From Chthoniobacterales bacterium (GTDB lineage: Bacteria; Verrucomicrobiota; Verrucomicrobiia; Chthoniobacterales; Chthoniobacteraceae), in NCBI GenBank assembly GCA_038207335.1, contig JBBQZX010000001.1, positions 96,001 through 160,000 on the forward strand: DNA of 64,000 nt. The letters run 5' to 3'. The notes beneath the pieces were generated by a model. The model did no database searches. It saw only the letters and a list, made by a program, of their open reading frames with translations, and had not been told where the DNA came from. Shown here one piece after another: positions 10,138 to 21,500 of the stretch; the stretch's first letter is position 1, and each line of letters begins with the position of its first letter. Both the position numbers and the translations under genes were made by a program.

Positions 10138-11340
10138 TCACAGCCCCAGCATTAGCCGGGCAGGACTTTCCAAACAATCCTTCAGCCGCACGAGGAACGT
10201 CACCGCTTCTTTCCCATCCACCACTCGATGATCGTAGCTCAGTGCCAGATACATCATTGGCCGGATCACCACCTGCCCCTTCACCGCCACCGGACGCTCT
10301 TGGATCTTGTGCATCCCGAGGATGCCACTCTGCGGCGGATTCAAAATCGGCGTGCTCAGCAGCGACCCATACACACCGCCATTACTGATCGTAAAAACGC
10401 CCCCCTGCAGCTCCTCGATCTTGATCTTCCCCTCGCGCGCTTTCACCGCAAACGCCGCCAGCTCGCGCTCGATCTCAGCGAACGACTTCGCATCCGCCTC
10501 GCGCACCACCGGCACCACCAGCCCGCGCTCCGTTCCCACCGCCACGCCGATGTCGTAAAAGTGATTCTCCACCAGCTCCTCACCCTCCATCCGTCCATTG
10601 ATCGCCGGCACCGCTTTCAGCGCGCTCACCGCCGCCTTGATGAAGAACGACATGAACCCGAGCTTCGTCCCGTGCTCCTTTGTGAATGCCTCCTGCATCT
10701 CCGATCGCAGACTCATCACAGCGCTCATGTCCACCTCGTTGAAGGTCGTCAGAATTGCCGCCGTCTGCTGCGCCATCACGAGTTGAGACGCGATCTTTCG
10801 GCGTAAAGGCGAGAGTCTCCGGCGTGTCGTGCGCCCCTCCCGGCTAGGCACCGCGGCAGCCGAATGTTCCCGGGCCGTTTCTGCCATCTGCCTCTGCTCA
10901 TCCTGCGCCGACGCCTCGGCAACCGGCTCTGCCACAGGTTTCCCAGCCGACCCGCCGTTCGCCACCGGCTCCGCCACAGTCTGGCCGGTTTCCTCGCTTT
11001 GCGGCACCGCCACGGCTTTCATCGTATGCGCCGGTGCCACATCGCTCGGCGAAGCCAGTGCCGCCACGGGCTTCGATTTTTTTCCCTTCTTCGGTGCTTC
11101 CGCTCCGGCCTCCTCGATCGTCGCCACCACCTCCCCGATTTTCACCTCCGCGCCCGCTTGCGCCACGATGTGCAACACACCCGCCTTCTCCGCAGTGATC
11201 TCCGTCGAGACCTTGTCCGTATCCAGCGAAAGCAACACATCCCCGGTAGCTACCGCATCTCCATCATTCTTCAGCCACGCAGCGATCACACCGCTCGTGA
11301 TGGACTCACCGACCGCCGGGATTTTGACATCGAAACTCAT
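10138..11340 (-). CDS. sucB: 2-oxoglutarate dehydrogenase E2 (dihydrolipoamide succinyltransferase)
   Basis: Lipoyl domain (PAVGESIT...TDKVS), [34 protein letters not shown]. Start at MSFDVK (11340). Confidence 0.95.
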   Translation of the reverse strand: MSFDVKIPAVGESITSGVIAAWLKNDGDAVATGDVLLSLDTDKVSTEITAEKAGVLHIVAQAGAEVKIGEVVATIEEAGAEAPKKGKKSKPVAALASPSDVAPAHTMKAVAVPQSEETGQTVAEPVANGGSAGKPVAEPVAEASAQDEQRQMAETAREHSAAAVPSREGRTTRRRLSPLRRKIASQLVMAQQTAAILTTFNEVDMSAVMSLRSEMQEAFTKEHGTKLGFMSFFIKAAVSALKAVPAINGRMEGEELVENHFYDIGVAVGTERGLVVPVVREADAKSFAEIERELAAFAVKAREGKIKIEELQGGVFTISNGGVYGSLLSTPILNPPQSGILGMHKIQERPVAVKGQVVIRPMMYLALSYDHRVVDGKEAVTFLVRLKDCLESPARLMLGL

Positions 11341-11432
11341 AGCGTAAAAGGCACGCAGCAAACCACCCGCTCACCGACGTGGCAAGCAGCACCAAACTCC
11401 GGTGGTGTCCTAATTTGGACGTGCCACGTCGT

Positions 11433-11543
11433 TCATTTGCGTTTGAAAATGAAGAATACGCCTGCCGCGACGGCGAGGAAGATTGCCGCCACGATGGGTG
11501 TGGGGAGCGAGCCGGACAAAGCTATTGCGATGAGTGTCGTCAT
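11433..11543 (-). CDS. Small 36-aa putative membrane protein (not in the ORF track)
   Basis: ATG..TGA frame MTTLIAIALSGSLPTPIVAAIFLAVAAGVFFIFKRK; hydrophobic helix plus basic tail; co-oriented between the TPR gene and sucB. Confidence 0.55.
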   Translation of the reverse strand: MTTLIAIALSGSLPTPIVAAIFLAVAAGVFFIFKRK

Positions 11544-11574
11544 TTCCTTGCTTGGGAAGCAAGCCACACGTGCA

Positions 11575-14500
11575 TCATCGCGGCAGTTGTCCGAGAATTT
11601 TCTGGGCGAGGCCGAGGGCAGTTGCGTTTAGACCGACTTCTGAGTCATGGGAAAAGCACGCGCGCCAGGCTGCGGGGCGGCGCGCGGGGTCGGGGAGAAA
11701 CTTTTGAATCTCGTCGTCGAAGTGGTCGAGGCGGTCGGTGGCCCTGAGAAAGTCGGCGATGTCCGCGTATTCTTGGTTTGCGCGGTTTTGGAAGGCGATG
11801 CGGAGAGCTTTTGCAGCCCGGGGGAAATCGTCCGCGTTCGTGAGGAAGCGGGCGTAATCAAGAAAGACCTGGTAGCGCTGGACGCACGGGTCGCCGGAGA
11901 TGGCTTGCTGGAAAAAATGGTCAGCCCGCGGGCGGATGCCGAGGTCGGCGAATGCCTGCGCGACTTTACCGGAAAGGTCGTCGTCGAAGACAGCGCGGCG
12001 ACCGAGTTCCTCGAGGACTTTCACTGCGTCTGCGGTACGGCCCGCGCCGTGCAGCCCGCGCGCCCAGTCGAGCATCCGCGCGACATCGAGCGGATTCAGC
12101 CGCGCCAGGCGCTCCTCCGCACGTACGGCGAGCGTGGGCTGCGCGGCCTCGGTGAGGATGCTGACGAGTTTCCGCAAAATCGGCTCCGAAAGATTGTCGC
12201 GCGCAAAGAGGCGCGCGCATATTTGCGCGCCGTGTTCCGCATCTCCGTGTGCGAACTGCCATTGCAGGAGCGTCGTCGCGGCGACGAGAGAGCCGCCATC
12301 CGCATCCTGCGCGAGTGCTGCGGCGAATTCCGCGGACATCCCAAGGCGCGGCATCTCGCGCAGGGCAAGGTCGTAGTAGCCGCCGAGAAGCGTAGGGTTT
12401 TCACCGGCCATCTGGCGCAGTCGGCGCATCTCCCGTGCGATGGTGGCGCGGTCGTGTGCGAGCGTGAGCAACTCGATGAGTTTGCTCTGCAAAGTGAAGT
12501 CCGCGCTTGCATCGGGCGCCTTTGCGAGCGCGTTGCGAAGCGCACTCCGCGCCGCATTCAGGTCGCCGCATTTTACAAGCCGATCGATGAAGGGCAGCAC
12601 CGCTGCGAGCTGGCTGGAAGCCGGCTGGCGTTCGATCGCGGCGAATGCGTCGTCGATGCGCCCCGTCGCCGCATAGAGCTGCGCGAGCATCGCATCGGCC
12701 TCGGTGCCCGGACTTTTCTCGAGAAGTTCGATCGCTTCCGGCGCGCGATTTTGGCGCTCCAGCAGCGATGCAAGCGCTAGGCACGCGGCGATGTTCGCGG
12801 GCTCGAAGCCGAGCACCTTTCGATAAACCGATTCCGCCCGGTCGAGTTGGCCTGCATTTTCGTGGAGCAGCGCGAGGCGCAGTTGCAGGCGCGAGTCGCG
12901 CGGCACGGCCTTGAGGCAGCGCTCGAGCGCGGCGCGCGCTTTTTCGCTCTCGCCGCGGGGCTCGAGCGCGTCGGCGAGCTGCAGCGTAAGGTCGCGATTG
13001 GCAGCGTCGTTGAGCAGGAAAAATCCGCCTTCGACGCAGCGCGTGAGCACCGCTGCGAGCGCATCGTTGTCACTGGAGGCATGGCATTCGTTCAGCAGAT
13101 TGCGGAGCGCGAGCGGGTTCGTCGGCTCGCGTTCCCATAGGCGGCGGAGAATCGCGATGCTCTGTGAATGCGCGCCCATCGCGGAGAGCGTTTCGGCGAG
13201 CGGCAGCAGGCCTTCGACTCCGGGATAGCGCGCGTAATCCGAGGTCAATTTCTCGACGTCCTCCGGGCGCGCACGGACGATTTTCAAGGCCGCGAGATGG
13301 GTGCGGATTTCGAGGACACGCGCGCCGACTTGCTCACGCTGCGGCAGCATTTGGAGGCGAATGATCGCTTCGTCGTCCAGCGCGTTTTCCCACAAGAAAA
13401 TTGCGAGCGAATACAGCTTCCACGTCTCGAGTTGCACACCGGCATTCAGGATGAAATTCCAACCTCGCGATGCCGAATTTCCGGTGTCGTCTTCCGCGAT
13501 TTGTGAGATCGGACGCAGCGCTAGGAGGCGGCGCAAATCGTCGCGCGCGGCAGTTTCATCACCGCTGAGCGCGTGAAGCAGTGTGCCGCAGATCGCTGTG
13601 TGCACGGACATTGCCGGGTCGAGGTGTTTTAGAAAGTCACTTGCAAAAGGCTTTTGGTCAGGCTCCGGCAGCAGCAGGAAATACTCGCGCAGGGCTTTGT
13701 AAAACGGCGCCTCGAAGGCTTCGCCCGCGCCGGCCAGCGAATCGTGCAGTACGCGCCGCGCGGCATCGGCCTCACCCAGGTAGAGGTGCCAGTGCGCGAG
13801 TTCGATCCCATAGGGCGGGCGCTGAGACGAGAGGGAATCGAACACGCGTTGGCCGAGCTGCACGGCTTCGCGGAAATGCCCGCGATTGGCGAAGGTGAGC
13901 GCTGCCTGCCAGAGCCGCAGCGGGTAATCCTTGGTGAATAGTTTCGCGACCAGCGCGGGATCGGGTGCGGTCGAGCCGGCCTGTAAATGCTGCGTGAGCG
14001 CGACTTGAAAATAATCGCGGTCAGCGGCGGTGCGGCGTTCATCGTGCAGCCACGCGGCGAGACGGTCGTATTCGCCGGTTTTCAGCGCGAACCAAATGAA
14101 CGCCTGCGTGCTGGGTGCGGCGAGTTTTGGGACAAGCATCAGAGCCTCGACGTGATCGAGCAGCGGGCTGCTCGCTCCCGCGTAAAACAAGGCCCAGATG
14201 GCTTCTCCGGGGGACTGACTGGCGGCGGAGCGCCAGCGCGCGACCCATTGCGCGAGCTCCGAAGGCGTGCCGTTCGTCGCGATGGATTGTGCAAGATCAC
14301 GGATTGCGCGGAGCCGTGCGTCGGCCTCGGGTTTCACCCCTGCGGGCTCCTCGACCCAGAAGCTGCGCAGCGCGACGAGCGCGTCCGCGGTGGGGCGTCC
14401 GCCGCGCATTTTCACGGCGCTCAGGTAAGCGTTTTGGAGCTGGCCCGGCTCCTCGGATTTGAATGAAGGAAAGCGAATCGGATCGCCGGAATTTTCGGCT

Positions 14501-17352
14501 TTGGAATGGCTGAGAATCTCCTCGAGACATGAGCGCGCCTCGGCAGCCGAACCGGCCTCCGCGGTCAATTCCGCGAGAGCGGCGAGTGCGCGCAGATTGC
14601 CAGGGTCGAGCGTGCGGATCCGCCGCAGCAGCGCGAGCGCACGCGCGGGTGTCCCCCATTTCATTTGAAAATCGACGGCCTGCTGGAGTGCGTCGGCGTC
14701 GCGCGGGAAGCGCATTGCGATGCGCTCCCATGTGGCGCCAGCATCATCGTTTTTGAACGTCTTTTCCTGGAGTTGCGCGAGCTTGATGAGGCCGTCGGGA
14801 GTGGTCTGCGAGACGATGCGGACGAGCTGCGACTGGAGGCGCACCGCAGCGTCGATTTTGTGCAAGTCCTCCGCCTCGCGCACGAGCTCAGGCAAGGCCA
14901 GCGCTTGATCAGGCGCTGCGAAAGAAGCGTCGGAAAGCAGGTCGAACGCCCGCGCTTTCTCGCCGGTTTCTTTCAAAATGCGGCCCAGTGACATGCCGGT
15001 GAAATAGTCATCGGCACGCGTTTTATGGCGCTCCTCGAATTCGGTGCGGAGCCAGCCGAGCATGTCGTGCTTCTCGCAAAAGGTGAGCAAATCCTGAAAC
15101 GCGGCGAACGACTCGTGCTCGGTAGTCTGCGCCTCGACTTGCTGGAGGAGCAGCGTCGCCGCGTCGCTCGGGAGATTGAGGCGGTCGTAGATTCGGAGGA
15201 TCGCGGCGGCGGATTCCTTTCGGCGCGGTACGGGCGTCATGGCGAAAATCTTGCGCCATGTAGCGAGCGCATCGGTCCAGCGGTCGGCGCGCTGCTGCGC
15301 AGTTGCGAGGTCGGTGAGCGTCGTCGCGTCGCCGGGATTTTCGTCGGCGAGTTCGGTGAAGATGCGGAGCGCTTCCTCCACGCGTCCGGCGCGCAAATTC
15401 GCCTCGGCGGCGCGGCGCTGATAGGTGGCGCTCGCGGCGGGATTGAGCTTCATCAGCTCGTCGAGATGCGCGAGCGGCAGAGTCGAGCGCGGGTCGTTCG
15501 CGCCGAGGTCGGCGAGAAACTCGTGCGCGGCGATCGACCGCGGATCAAGCGCCAGAGCCTGTTGCGCGCATTCCTGCGAGACGCGCGGGCTGCGATTCCA
15601 CGATTGCCAGCGGGCGACGCGCAGCCAGCCGCCGACGGTCTTCGCCTCGGCCGCTTCGCGCGTCAGCTTCAGTAAATAATCGGCGAGCGCCGGAGATGTC
15701 GCGTCCGCGCCGCGAGCGACGGTTGCAGCATGGGCACCGCTGACGATGCCGAAAAGTTTTTGGTCGGCCTCCTGCGATTCCGCGGGCGTGCGGCTGAGCG
15801 CGTAGGCCTTTTCGCAAGCCTCGCGCGCGGCCTGCTCGTGGCCTTGCGTGGCTTCGAGGTCACCGAGGAGGAGGTGGAATTCGCGCGACTCGGGCTGCAG
15901 TGCGATCGCGGATGACACGGCAGCGGTCGCGGCGGCGGGCTCGTTTTGGTCTTTCAAAAACCCGGCGATTTGAAATTGCGCGGCAGCGCGGCGGGTGGGC
16001 GAATCGCCCGGATGCACCAGCCGCGCGAGTGTGCGCTGCGCTTCGGCGGCGCGATTTTCGGCGAAAAGAAAACGAGTGAGCGCGAGCAGCGAATCCTCAC
16101 TGGCTGACGCGGCGGCGTTGGTGAGCAATTCTTCCTCGGCGGCCGTGAGGCGGTTGTTTTGGTAAAATTCCATCGCCTTTTGACGCAGCGATTCGTCGGC
16201 GGGTTTCGCGGCGAGCAGCGCGGCGATACGGGTGCGGGCGGCAGGGAGTGCGTCGCGCTGGACATCGATGCGGGCGCGCTCGAAGACGAGTTCGGGATTT
16301 TCGGGCTGTGATTTCAGCAGCGTGTCGTAGATGGAGGCTGCGCTTTCGAGGCGGTCCATGCGCGCGTCGAGGCGCGCAAGGCGGAGCTGGTATTCGGCGG
16401 TTTTCGGAGCGAGCGCGGTGAGATTTGCGAGGCAGGCACGTTCCTGCTCGAGGTCGCCGAGGCGCTCGTAGAAGCCGATCAATTCAAGCTGAGCGCCGAG
16501 GTCGCGCGGATTTTCCTTCGCGGCGCCTTTCAGTTTTTCCTCGAGCTCCGCGGTGCGGTGGTAGCGCTGGTGGAGACGGATGAGCTCGGCTTCGAGTTCG
16601 CCGCGGAGCCAGTTGCCGGGTGCGGTGGCGACGAGCGCTTCCTCGAGCGCAGCGATGGCGGCGTCCTGTCGTCCGGCGCCCTGATGAAGCCGCGCGAGCT
16701 GTTGCAGCGCCTGCGCGCGCTCGGCGGGCGGGGCGTGTTGTTTGAGGTATTCGAGATGCGGGATCGCGCGGTCAGGGAGGTGATTTTGCGCGTAGGTTTC
16801 TGCGAGGCGGCGGCGGAGCGCGAGGTCGCTCGGATTCGCGGAGACGGTACGCTCCCACGCGGCGCACGCGTTTTCCAGATCGCCAGATGCGAGCCACGCT
16901 GAGCCGCATTGCAGCAGGGTTTCCGGGAGACGCGGATCGCTCGCGGGCAGCATCTTGGCGGCCTTCTCGAAGAGCGTGGCGGCGTCGGCGGAATGGCCGG
17001 CGTCGAGTTGCGATTGGGCGAGTGCCAGGATGGGCTGCGGGTTATCGGGCGCGAGTTTTGCGGCGCGCCGGAATGCGGCTGCGGCCTCATCGGGTCTCGC
17101 GGCTTTTTTCAGCAGCAGCCCGGCGATCATCTCGCCGCTGAAGCCGCCCGTGGACTTGTAATCGTCGATGAGTTCGCCGGTCTTTCCGGCGTCACCGTAG
17201 GCTTTCCAGAGGCGGTCGAGCGCGGTGCCTTCCGCGGGATTCGCGGCGAGCATTTGCTTGTAGCGGGCGATGATTTTCTCGGAAACGGGCGGCTCGGCGT
17301 CTGCGCTGAGCGCGACGAGCAGGAGGGAGAAAATGACCGGCCAGCGTGGCAT
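11575..17352 (-). CDS. Large secreted tetratricopeptide-repeat protein
   Basis: Signal peptide MPRWPVIFSLLLVALSADA; many TPR-like units (e.g. AAAAFRRAAKLAPDNPQPILALA, AESVYRKVLGFEPANIAACLALA). Confidence 0.85.
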   Translation of the reverse strand: MPRWPVIFSLLLVALSADAEPPVSEKIIARYKQMLAANPAEGTALDRLWKAYGDAGKTGELIDDYKSTGGFSGEMIAGLLLKKAARPDEAAAAFRRAAKLAPDNPQPILALAQSQLDAGHSADAATLFEKAAKMLPASDPRLPETLLQCGSAWLASGDLENACAAWERTVSANPSDLALRRRLAETYAQNHLPDRAIPHLEYLKQHAPPAERAQALQQLARLHQGAGRQDAAIAALEEALVATAPGNWLRGELEAELIRLHQRYHRTAELEEKLKGAAKENPRDLGAQLELIGFYERLGDLEQERACLANLTALAPKTAEYQLRLARLDARMDRLESAASIYDTLLKSQPENPELVFERARIDVQRDALPAARTRIAALLAAKPADESLRQKAMEFYQNNRLTAAEEELLTNAAASASEDSLLALTRFLFAENRAAEAQRTLARLVHPGDSPTRRAAAQFQIAGFLKDQNEPAAATAAVSSAIALQPESREFHLLLGDLEATQGHEQAAREACEKAYALSRTPAESQEADQKLFGIVSGAHAATVARGADATSPALADYLLKLTREAAEAKTVGGWLRVARWQSWNRSPRVSQECAQQALALDPRSIAAHEFLADLGANDPRSTLPLAHLDELMKLNPAASATYQRRAAEANLRAGRVEEALRIFTELADENPGDATTLTDLATAQQRADRWTDALATWRKIFAMTPVPRRKESAAAILRIYDRLNLPSDAATLLLQQVEAQTTEHESFAAFQDLLTFCEKHDMLGWLRTEFEERHKTRADDYFTGMSLGRILKETGEKARAFDLLSDASFAAPDQALALPELVREAEDLHKIDAAVRLQSQLVRIVSQTTPDGLIKLAQLQEKTFKNDDAGATWERIAMRFPRDADALQQAVDFQMKWGTPARALALLRRIRTLDPGNLRALAALAELTAEAGSAAEARSCLEEILSHSKAENSGDPIRFPSFKSEEPGQLQNAYLSAVKMRGGRPTADALVALRSFWVEEPAGVKPEADARLRAIRDLAQSIATNGTPSELAQWVARWRSAASQSPGEAIWALFYAGASSPLLDHVEALMLVPKLAAPSTQAFIWFALKTGEYDRLAAWLHDERRTAADRDYFQVALTQHLQAGSTAPDPALVAKLFTKDYPLRLWQAALTFANRGHFREAVQLGQRVFDSLSSQRPPYGIELAHWHLYLGEADAARRVLHDSLAGAGEAFEAPFYKALREYFLLLPEPDQKPFASDFLKHLDPAMSVHTAICGTLLHALSGDETAARDDLRRLLALRPISQIAEDDTGNSASRGWNFILNAGVQLETWKLYSLAIFLWENALDDEAIIRLQMLPQREQVGARVLEIRTHLAALKIVRARPEDVEKLTSDYARYPGVEGLLPLAETLSAMGAHSQSIAILRRLWEREPTNPLALRNLLNECHASSDNDALAAVLTRCVEGGFFLLNDAANRDLTLQLADALEPRGESEKARAALERCLKAVPRDSRLQLRLALLHENAGQLDRAESVYRKVLGFEPANIAACLALASLLERQNRAPEAIELLEKSPGTEADAMLAQLYAATGRIDDAFAAIERQPASSQLAAVLPFIDRLVKCGDLNAARSALRNALAKAPDASADFTLQSKLIELLTLAHDRATIAREMRRLRQMAGENPTLLGGYYDLALREMPRLGMSAEFAAALAQDADGGSLVAATTLLQWQFAHGDAEHGAQICARLFARDNLSEPILRKLVSILTEAAQPTLAVRAEERLARLNPLDVARMLDWARGLHGAGRTADAVKVLEELGRRAVFDDDLSGKVAQAFADLGIRPRADHFFQQAISGDPCVQRYQVFLDYARFLTNADDFPRAAKALRIAFQNRANQEYADIADFLRATDRLDHFDDEIQKFLPDPARRPAAWRACFSHDSEVGLNATALGLAQKILGQLPR

Positions 17353-17396
17353 CGCGTGAAGCTATGCCGGAGCGCACTGGCGGCAAGGCCGGCGCG

Positions 17397-18257
17397 CTAT
17401 TTCCGCGATGCGCGCGCAGCGATTTTCTCGCGGCCTTTGTCGAGGATTTTCCGCTCGGAGCGGGTGAGGCTGTGCATCCCTTCGCGCGAGATTTTATCGA
17501 GGATCGGATCGATCTCGGCGTCGATGAATTGTGCAGCGCTCATGCGTTCGATGCGTGCGTGGCGCTCCCGTTTTTTGAAGATGTAGCGCTGGATCGCGAG
17601 CGGATTTCCGAAGCCGAGTTGCTTCACGTAAGCCCAGCCGACCACGACTGCGGCGAGCATGGCGGCAGGGCCGATCGTCGCGGCGATGTGCGTGGCCCAA
17701 AGTGCGATGCAGGCGGCGATCAGAAGGAGGCCGATGTATTTGGTGCGGATGCGGAGCGGCAGGATGAAGAAGATATTCACCGTGACATCGAGCTCCGGCA
17801 GGATCGTGGCGTAGGCACCCAGCAGCGCGGCGACCCCGGCGGACGCGCCGAGCAGCGCGATGGACGGCATGGCGAGCAGATGCACCGCGCCGCCGACGAG
17901 GCTGCCGAGGATGTAAATCGCGAGGAAGTGTCGGCGACCGACGATGGGCTCGACTTCGCGGCCTGCGAAGAAAAGTCCGCACATATTCGCCAGCAGATGC
18001 AGCGGCGCAGGCTCGGCGTGGATGAAGGGAAAGGTGAAGAATTTCCACACCTCGCCGCTGCTCACAGCTTCAGCGTCGAGTGCGAGCCAGTGCGTCCAAC
18101 CATCGGCCGGAAGCGGCACTTCGGAGTGGAGGAGCGCGAAGACCGCCTGCGCCGCGAATGCGCCGACGTGGAGCGCGATAAGCACAGCGGTGACGGACGG
18201 CTTCGATCCGCTCCAACGCCGCGTGAACGGCTGCATTTGGCGGCGGGAGGGGCGCAT
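17397..18257 (-). CDS. Rhomboid-family intramembrane protein with C-terminal DUF6576-like tail; catalytic His apparently missing
   Basis: WKFFTFPFIH, HLLANM, GASAG; C-terminal IDPILDKISREGMHSLTRSERKIL. Start uncertain (18257 or 18236). Confidence 0.85.
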   Translation of the reverse strand: MRPSRRQMQPFTRRWSGSKPSVTAVLIALHVGAFAAQAVFALLHSEVPLPADGWTHWLALDAEAVSSGEVWKFFTFPFIHAEPAPLHLLANMCGLFFAGREVEPIVGRRHFLAIYILGSLVGGAVHLLAMPSIALLGASAGVAALLGAYATILPELDVTVNIFFILPLRIRTKYIGLLLIAACIALWATHIAATIGPAAMLAAVVVGWAYVKQLGFGNPLAIQRYIFKKRERHARIERMSAAQFIDAEIDPILDKISREGMHSLTRSERKILDKGREKIAARASRK

Positions 18258-18516
18258 GGCGGCGGGAAAATATGTTAGTCCGCGAGCGTTGTAAAATCGC
18301 ATTTGACGCTGTCCGCGGGGAGGAAAGGACAACCTTGCCCATACACACGCTATTCGTCGCTTTCCACCGCCAAAATGCAGCCAAGGGCGCGTTGCGGCCC
18401 CCGGCGTGTTGTTTCGGAGATTTGGGCACGGAGACTTCTTTAAATGTCGTTGTAATCGTTGATCCTCGGCAGACCCGTTGTAAACGTAACCCGCCGGTCC
18501 ACCTCAAACTCTCCCT

Positions 18517-21500
18517 ATGAACACCAAAGTCCCCACCTCCAAGCCTCGCTCCGTGGCGCGCGTCGTCAGGCTCGCTGCCGCAGTCGCGCTCGTGGTGGGC
18601 GCGGACGCGAGCGCGGCGACGGCTGTCTGGAATAACATTGGCACCGATTTCAATACTGGCACCAACTGGGCAGGGGGCACGGGACTGGATGGAATCCCCG
18701 GCACCGGAGACAACGCGACTTTCAATGCTGCGACGCCTACTTTTCAGCCGGAGTTGAGTGCCTCGCTGACCATCCAAGGGCTGACCTATTCGACGAGCGG
18801 CTGGCTGCTCTCGAGCGCAAATGGGTCGCTGCTTTCGCTGACAAACGTGGGCACTCTCGTGGCGAGCGCGATCAACGCGACGAACGCCACGGGCACGGAT
18901 ACAATCAGCGCCGGGTTGGTATTGGCCGGGGCCGCGGCGAGCACCGCGACCTTTACGCAGGCGCGCGGTGGGACGCTCGTGCTGTCCGGGCCGATCACGA
19001 GCACGAATGTCATCACGGGACTGTCACTTTCAGGAGCGGGTGCGGGTAGCTCGACGTTCACACTTTCCGGCAGCAACAGCTACTCGGGCAACACGACGAT
19101 CGGCGCGGCGAATATCGTGGTGAATGTCAACTCGACGACGGCACTGAGCTCCGGTGCGCTGGCGGCGAACAATAGCGTCACTCTGGACAACACGAGCGCG
19201 ACCGCGGCGCTCGTGCTTTCCAATAACAACAACATCAATCTGAGTGGCGGGAGCCTGACCTACACAGGGACGGCTGGGAACAGCCTGAGCTTCGGGACCG
19301 GCGTGGTGACGGCGAGCGTCTTAAATCGCTCAATCACCGTGAATGGCGGCACACTGACGATCGGCTCGCTGAACACGGACACAATAGCGCGCACGATCCT
19401 CAAGGGCGGGGTGAACGGCACACTTGTAATCACAGGCGCTGCTGGCAGCAACTTCCAGGGGGGCTACACCACCGGTTCGGGCACGACCTTGATCGGCGAC
19501 AAGGCATCGCTCGGGACGGGCGCGATTTCGTTCGGCGGCTCAGCGCTGCAGGCATCGACGCCGCTGACTGGCTCGGCGAACAAGCTGGCTAATGTGATCT
19601 CGCTGACTGGCACTGGGACGGTGAGCGGGAACAACAGCATCGAGTTCGGCGGAAAGCTCACGGGCATCGCCGGCGGCAGTCGCACCCTCACGAGCAGCAT
19701 CATCGGGGGGACGCTCACCTTGAATGACGTGGACCTGAACAGCGACGCCGGGACCGTACGGACGCTGACGATCAACGGGGCGGGTAGCACGAACATCAAC
19801 GGGCTGATCTCCAGCGGGCCGGGGCTGGCCACGCACTCGCTCATCCTGACCAGTACGGCGGGCGTGACGACATTCAACAACGCCGGCAGCACCTTCAGCG
19901 GCGGTGTGAATATCAACAACGCGGGCTCCACGCTCGCATTTGGCGCGGATTCCACGCCTTCCGCCTCGGGCAGCACGGTCACCAGCGGGCCGATCGGCAC
20001 CGGTGCCCTCACGATAGGAAATGCGGGCACTTTAACCGCCGCAAATGGCGCGCGCACGATCGCGAACACCATCCTTTTCAACAACGTCTCGGGGACGATT
20101 GGCGGGAGCAACAATCTGACGCTGAACGGCGCGGTGACGTGGGGCGGCTCCAATACCATCACCTTCACGAATCAGGGACTCACCACCTTTGGCGGGCCTG
20201 GCTTCACGCTGCGCAATGGCACGGGCACCTCACCACAGGCGCAGCGTACGCTCACGCTCGCAGGGGCGGGCACGTCCGTCTTCGCCACACCCCTCGTCAA
20301 TGGCTTCACGGTCAATGGCATCGTCACCCTGGCCGGCACGGGCCTCACCACCTTCTCCGGCGACAACTCCTACTCCGGCCTCACCAGCGTGAACGCGGGC
20401 ACGCTGCGGCTCGGGAGCCCGACCGCGCTCGGCTTCGGCGGAGTCAGCGTCGTAGCGGGCACTACAAATATCGCCAGCGGCGCGACCATCGACCTGAATG
20501 GCCAGGCGAGCGTCAACGAGAGGATCACCCTCAACGGTACCGGCGTGAACGCGAACGGCAACCTCATCAGCGACAACACCGGGGCCGTCGCGAGCGTCGG
20601 GAGCGGAGTCTCCGCACTGGCCGTGACCACGAGCGGCGCGGGATACTCCACGGCACCGCTCGTCACGATCACCGGCGCGGGCGCGGGCGCGACGGCGGTC
20701 GCGACCTTGGGGTTGACGCCGGAGAGTTTCACCTTGAATCCTGGCGACAAGGTGTATTCCACGGCTCCGACCGTGACCATCACCGGGGGTGGAGGGCAGG
20801 GGGCCTTTGCTACCGCGGTCCTCAGCGGCGGCACGGTCGTCGGACTGACGATCACCACCGACGCCCGCGGCACCGCCTACACGAGCGCCCCGACGATCAC
20901 CTTCTCCGGCGGCACAGCCACCAGCGGCACCGTCGATCCCACTGGCACCGGCAACGCCTCGAACTTCACCGTCACCGCCCTCCAAATCACCGCCCCCGGC
21001 ACCGGCTACACCGGCACCCCCACCGTCTCCTTTGACTCCGGCGCCGCAGCGGCCACCGCCATCGCCAGCGGCCTCCTTCTCAACGGCACCAGCGACAACT
21101 CCATCGGCGGCGCGGGCGACATCCTCGTCAGCGGCACCATCAACGGCGGCGCCCTGAACCCCCTCACCAAAGTCGGCCCCGGCACCCTCACCATCGCCGG
21201 CAACGCCCCCTACCTCGGCGCGACCAACGTCAACACCGGCACCCTCCGCGTCAACGGCACCCTCGGCACCAGCCTCGTCAGCGTCGCCAGCGGCGCCACC
21301 CTTTCAGGCACCGGTAGCGTTGCTTCTGTGAACATCGCGCCCTTAGCCTTCCTCCAGGGCGGCGATGGACTCACCCCCTCCGGCGCGCTCTCCTCCGGTG
21401 GGATTGTCAGCCTCAGCGACGGCGCAGTCATCAGGCTCACCCTCGGCACCGGCGACACCCACTCCAGCCTCAGCCGCACCGGCGGCACGTGGGGCTTCGA

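Noticed and set aside
18423..18440. Sigma54 promoter upstream of the PEP-CTERM gene (GGGCACGGAGACTTC)
   Set aside because: The -24 box is plausible but the -12 GC is absent, and there is no similar site before the second PEP-CTERM gene.
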